DNA of 64,000 bases, from positions 9,315,480 to 9,379,479 of the forward strand of contig CM121342.1 of NCBI GenBank assembly GCA_051530055.1. Direction: 5' to 3'. The position numbers were made by a program, and so were the translations under genes. The notes beneath the pieces are model-generated. The model did not search any database. It was not told where the DNA came from and was given only the letters and a program-made list of their open reading frames with translations. The stretch's first letter is position 1. The number at the start of each line of letters is the position of its first letter. Source of the stretch: Neoechinorhynchus agilis. Lineage: Eukaryota; Animalia; Acanthocephala. This document shows, piece by piece, positions 61,634 through 64,000 of this stretch.

Positions 61634-64000
61634 GAAGTTGTAATGACTCCAAAGTAAAGAATTTATCTGACTACTTATTAAATGGTTCATCAGTTCGTTT
61701 ATCTGGTGCTTTTTGACCTTTTCCGTGATTTTCTTACAGGAACGAATTATATGGAAGTGTCGGACGAACAGTTGTCTGAACAGGCCAAATGGCTAGCATG
61801 GGAACTGGCGCCTTTTAACGTATCAGATAGATAGTGCATTACTTCAGTAGCTGCAATATCCGAAGCCGCTAAAAGATAATGAGTACTTCCATGAGACGGT
61901 TGGTTCCAAATTGCACAGAAATTTACTGGAGAAGTACGCTTGCATGGTTTAAAACTTGTGTTGGAGCATTTTATTTGCTTGTTCAGAATATCGCCCTTAT
62001 CTTCATTTGTTTCTTTAATTGAGCGAACATGAACGCTTGTACTTTATAAAATTTGTATGGACAGAACTTAGAATTATACAATTAACCGTTTGTCCCTGAA
62101 ATTTAACACTTTCCATTGCAATTAACGCATTGAAAATCGAGGTAAATTGCCCAAGCACAAAATAACTACTTTCTAAGAACAATAAATCCGCATTGTATGA
62201 TCGTAGTAGGTTGAATTATCTACGAACATTTTGTTGAAAATTTCCTTGATGTATTTGGGCTGGTTGATTCCATGGAGTGTAATTCATCGCAAATGTTATT
62301 TTGTTTGCTTCAGGGTTATACGTGTGATCTCTGATAAGAGGCTGTTGATTGCGTTCGTTGGGCAGATATGAATATTGTGCAGCTTTCTTTATAACATGGC
62401 TTTCGGTTGTAAAGGGATTGGGAATGTATCTATTTCTTGTCTGTGTAGCCCACTGTCCTCTTCCCAGTCTACGCCGGCGGTTTACCTGTCCACTGTAACG
62501 TCTTTTTTGCTAGGCTTTTCTTTATGTTGTTTTCAACATACGTTCAATAGAATGCTTTACATCCCATGATTCTCATAAATCCTACGAATTCATGATGGAC
62601 ATAAACTGTGCCAAATCGATTTCCTTTTTCACGTTCAGTAATACAATATATGGAACGTTATTGATCATCCATCGAAAAATTCGTCGCAACATTAAGCGTT
62701 GCTCCCTGCATGTTGTAATCGTCCTTTTTAATAAACTGAGCAAAAGTCTCAAATTTTCAAGGATATTTTTTCTTTCAGGATTCCTTTACATTCTTAGTTG
62801 CCGTCTGACCTTGTGGATTTATTGTCTGAGTTGCTGCTGGTTATGTGCCGTATACCATTCTGGTGTTATCATGAGTCTGAACATCATTAAATTTTAGTTT
62901 GCCCCTTATATTAGGTTTATTTTTTAGCCATAAAACCAAACCAATTACATCAGAGAAGTGATATAACACCATAGTCTCTAATGCACAGTTAAATGTTTGT
63001 ACATTCTTTTTTGACTTGTGGGGAAGATAATCCCGGTTAAAAATCATTTTATTGTTCTGGAATATTTCGCGAGGAAACCTCGCCTTATCAATCATTGTTT
63101 ATCCGGATTCTCAGATACCTCTAGGAGGCGGGATTCATCTGTGAGTTTCCACCCTTCGGCGGTATTTCGTCTCCTTCGGTTGTGCGTCATTGGCGGTAAC
63201 GGATTCGAACCAGCTGACCCTTAACTGGGATCAATGTGAGTTTCCTACCACAAACCGGCTTGCCAGTAAAAACCTTAAAATATGAGTCTGAACGGTGATT
63301 TACTATCCAGCAGTAGTATTCGCGTATCCTACCGGTATTCCATATCTTGAATTTTAGGTGCGATCCGGAACGTAACGGTTGACTGCCTATCCAAAAGCAG
63401 TATCTGTGATCATAGTCTGCGTTGTATTATTAGTCAGTTGAATGTCTCTAAAATTATCGAAGTTCTGGAAATTGTCCAGTCGATCAAGATTATTCACCGG
63501 AGCAGTTTGCTTCTTTAAATTTGACAGTGTTACAAAGATCAAGGATCAACGTGAATAGACGATCTTCACTTTTTGAGGGCCGATTATATACTCCTGGATG
63601 CATCATTGAAACATTGACACCTAATCCAAGTGAGATGAGTTCAAGTGATCTTACTCGAAGTTAATATTTTATGGGAGCGTCAATAGATGATAATTGGCAG
63701 GATAAGATGTTATTGAACATTAGATAATTCGGATAAATTTAAAATTACAGGAATTTGGTTTCGAGTACTCATCGAAGATACTCAGTTTCTGCGGTTGTTT
63801 TTAATTTATCAATAAATGCAAACGTTGACACTTGTCGGATTAAATATTCCTGCTCGTCTAAATGTTTTAAAAGATGGGTTGGTTCCTCATCGAATGTTGG
63901 TCTGCACGATATAGAAGTTCAACAAGTTAGTTGTTGTTTTGTTCTCTGGAAAATGTCTATATTAAAACCCTTATTGTCATATATCATTGTCCTCGGGGTG
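61634..64000. repeat. Segmental duplication copy 2 (runs off the window)
   Basis: Matches 45253-47447, including the PLE insertion junction at its end. Confidence 0.95.
62200..62800 (-). pseudogene. foxo: FoxO-like copy C
   Basis: RKNILENL...KRTITTCREQRLMLRRIFRWMINNVPY resembles RRNAWGNL...KAIESSPEKRLTL. It retains the helix-1 region deleted in copy B. Confidence 0.75.

Overview
Eukaryotic (most likely invertebrate animal) repeat-dense, heterochromatin-like DNA. I could not find an intact host gene, rRNA, full tRNA or CRISPR array. The window is a nested mosaic of retroelements: one almost complete, young CsRn1-clade Ty3/gypsy element; several Mag-like Ty3/gypsy fragments; at least three Penelope-like (PLE) families, each with minimal hammerhead ribozymes; many CRE-like (RT plus restriction-like endonuclease) non-LTR fragments; APE-RT LINEs; RTE-like endonuclease remnants; a tRNA-derived SINE with a 10-bp TSD; and a MITE-like foldback. 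Mixed in are decayed host-gene copies (three FoxO-like, one cullin-like, one PKA-like kinase) and two local segmental duplications. The most notable feature is a ~2.55-kb endogenous viral element from a picorna-like (+)ssRNA virus (SF3 helicase, membrane/VPg-like region, 3C-like protease; ~14600-17150, minus strand). It is fused in sense orientation to the pol of a Mag-like LTR retrotransposon, as expected if retrotransposon RT captured viral RNA. All family assignments come from motif recognition by eye and were not database-verified. Boundaries of degenerate fragments are approximate.
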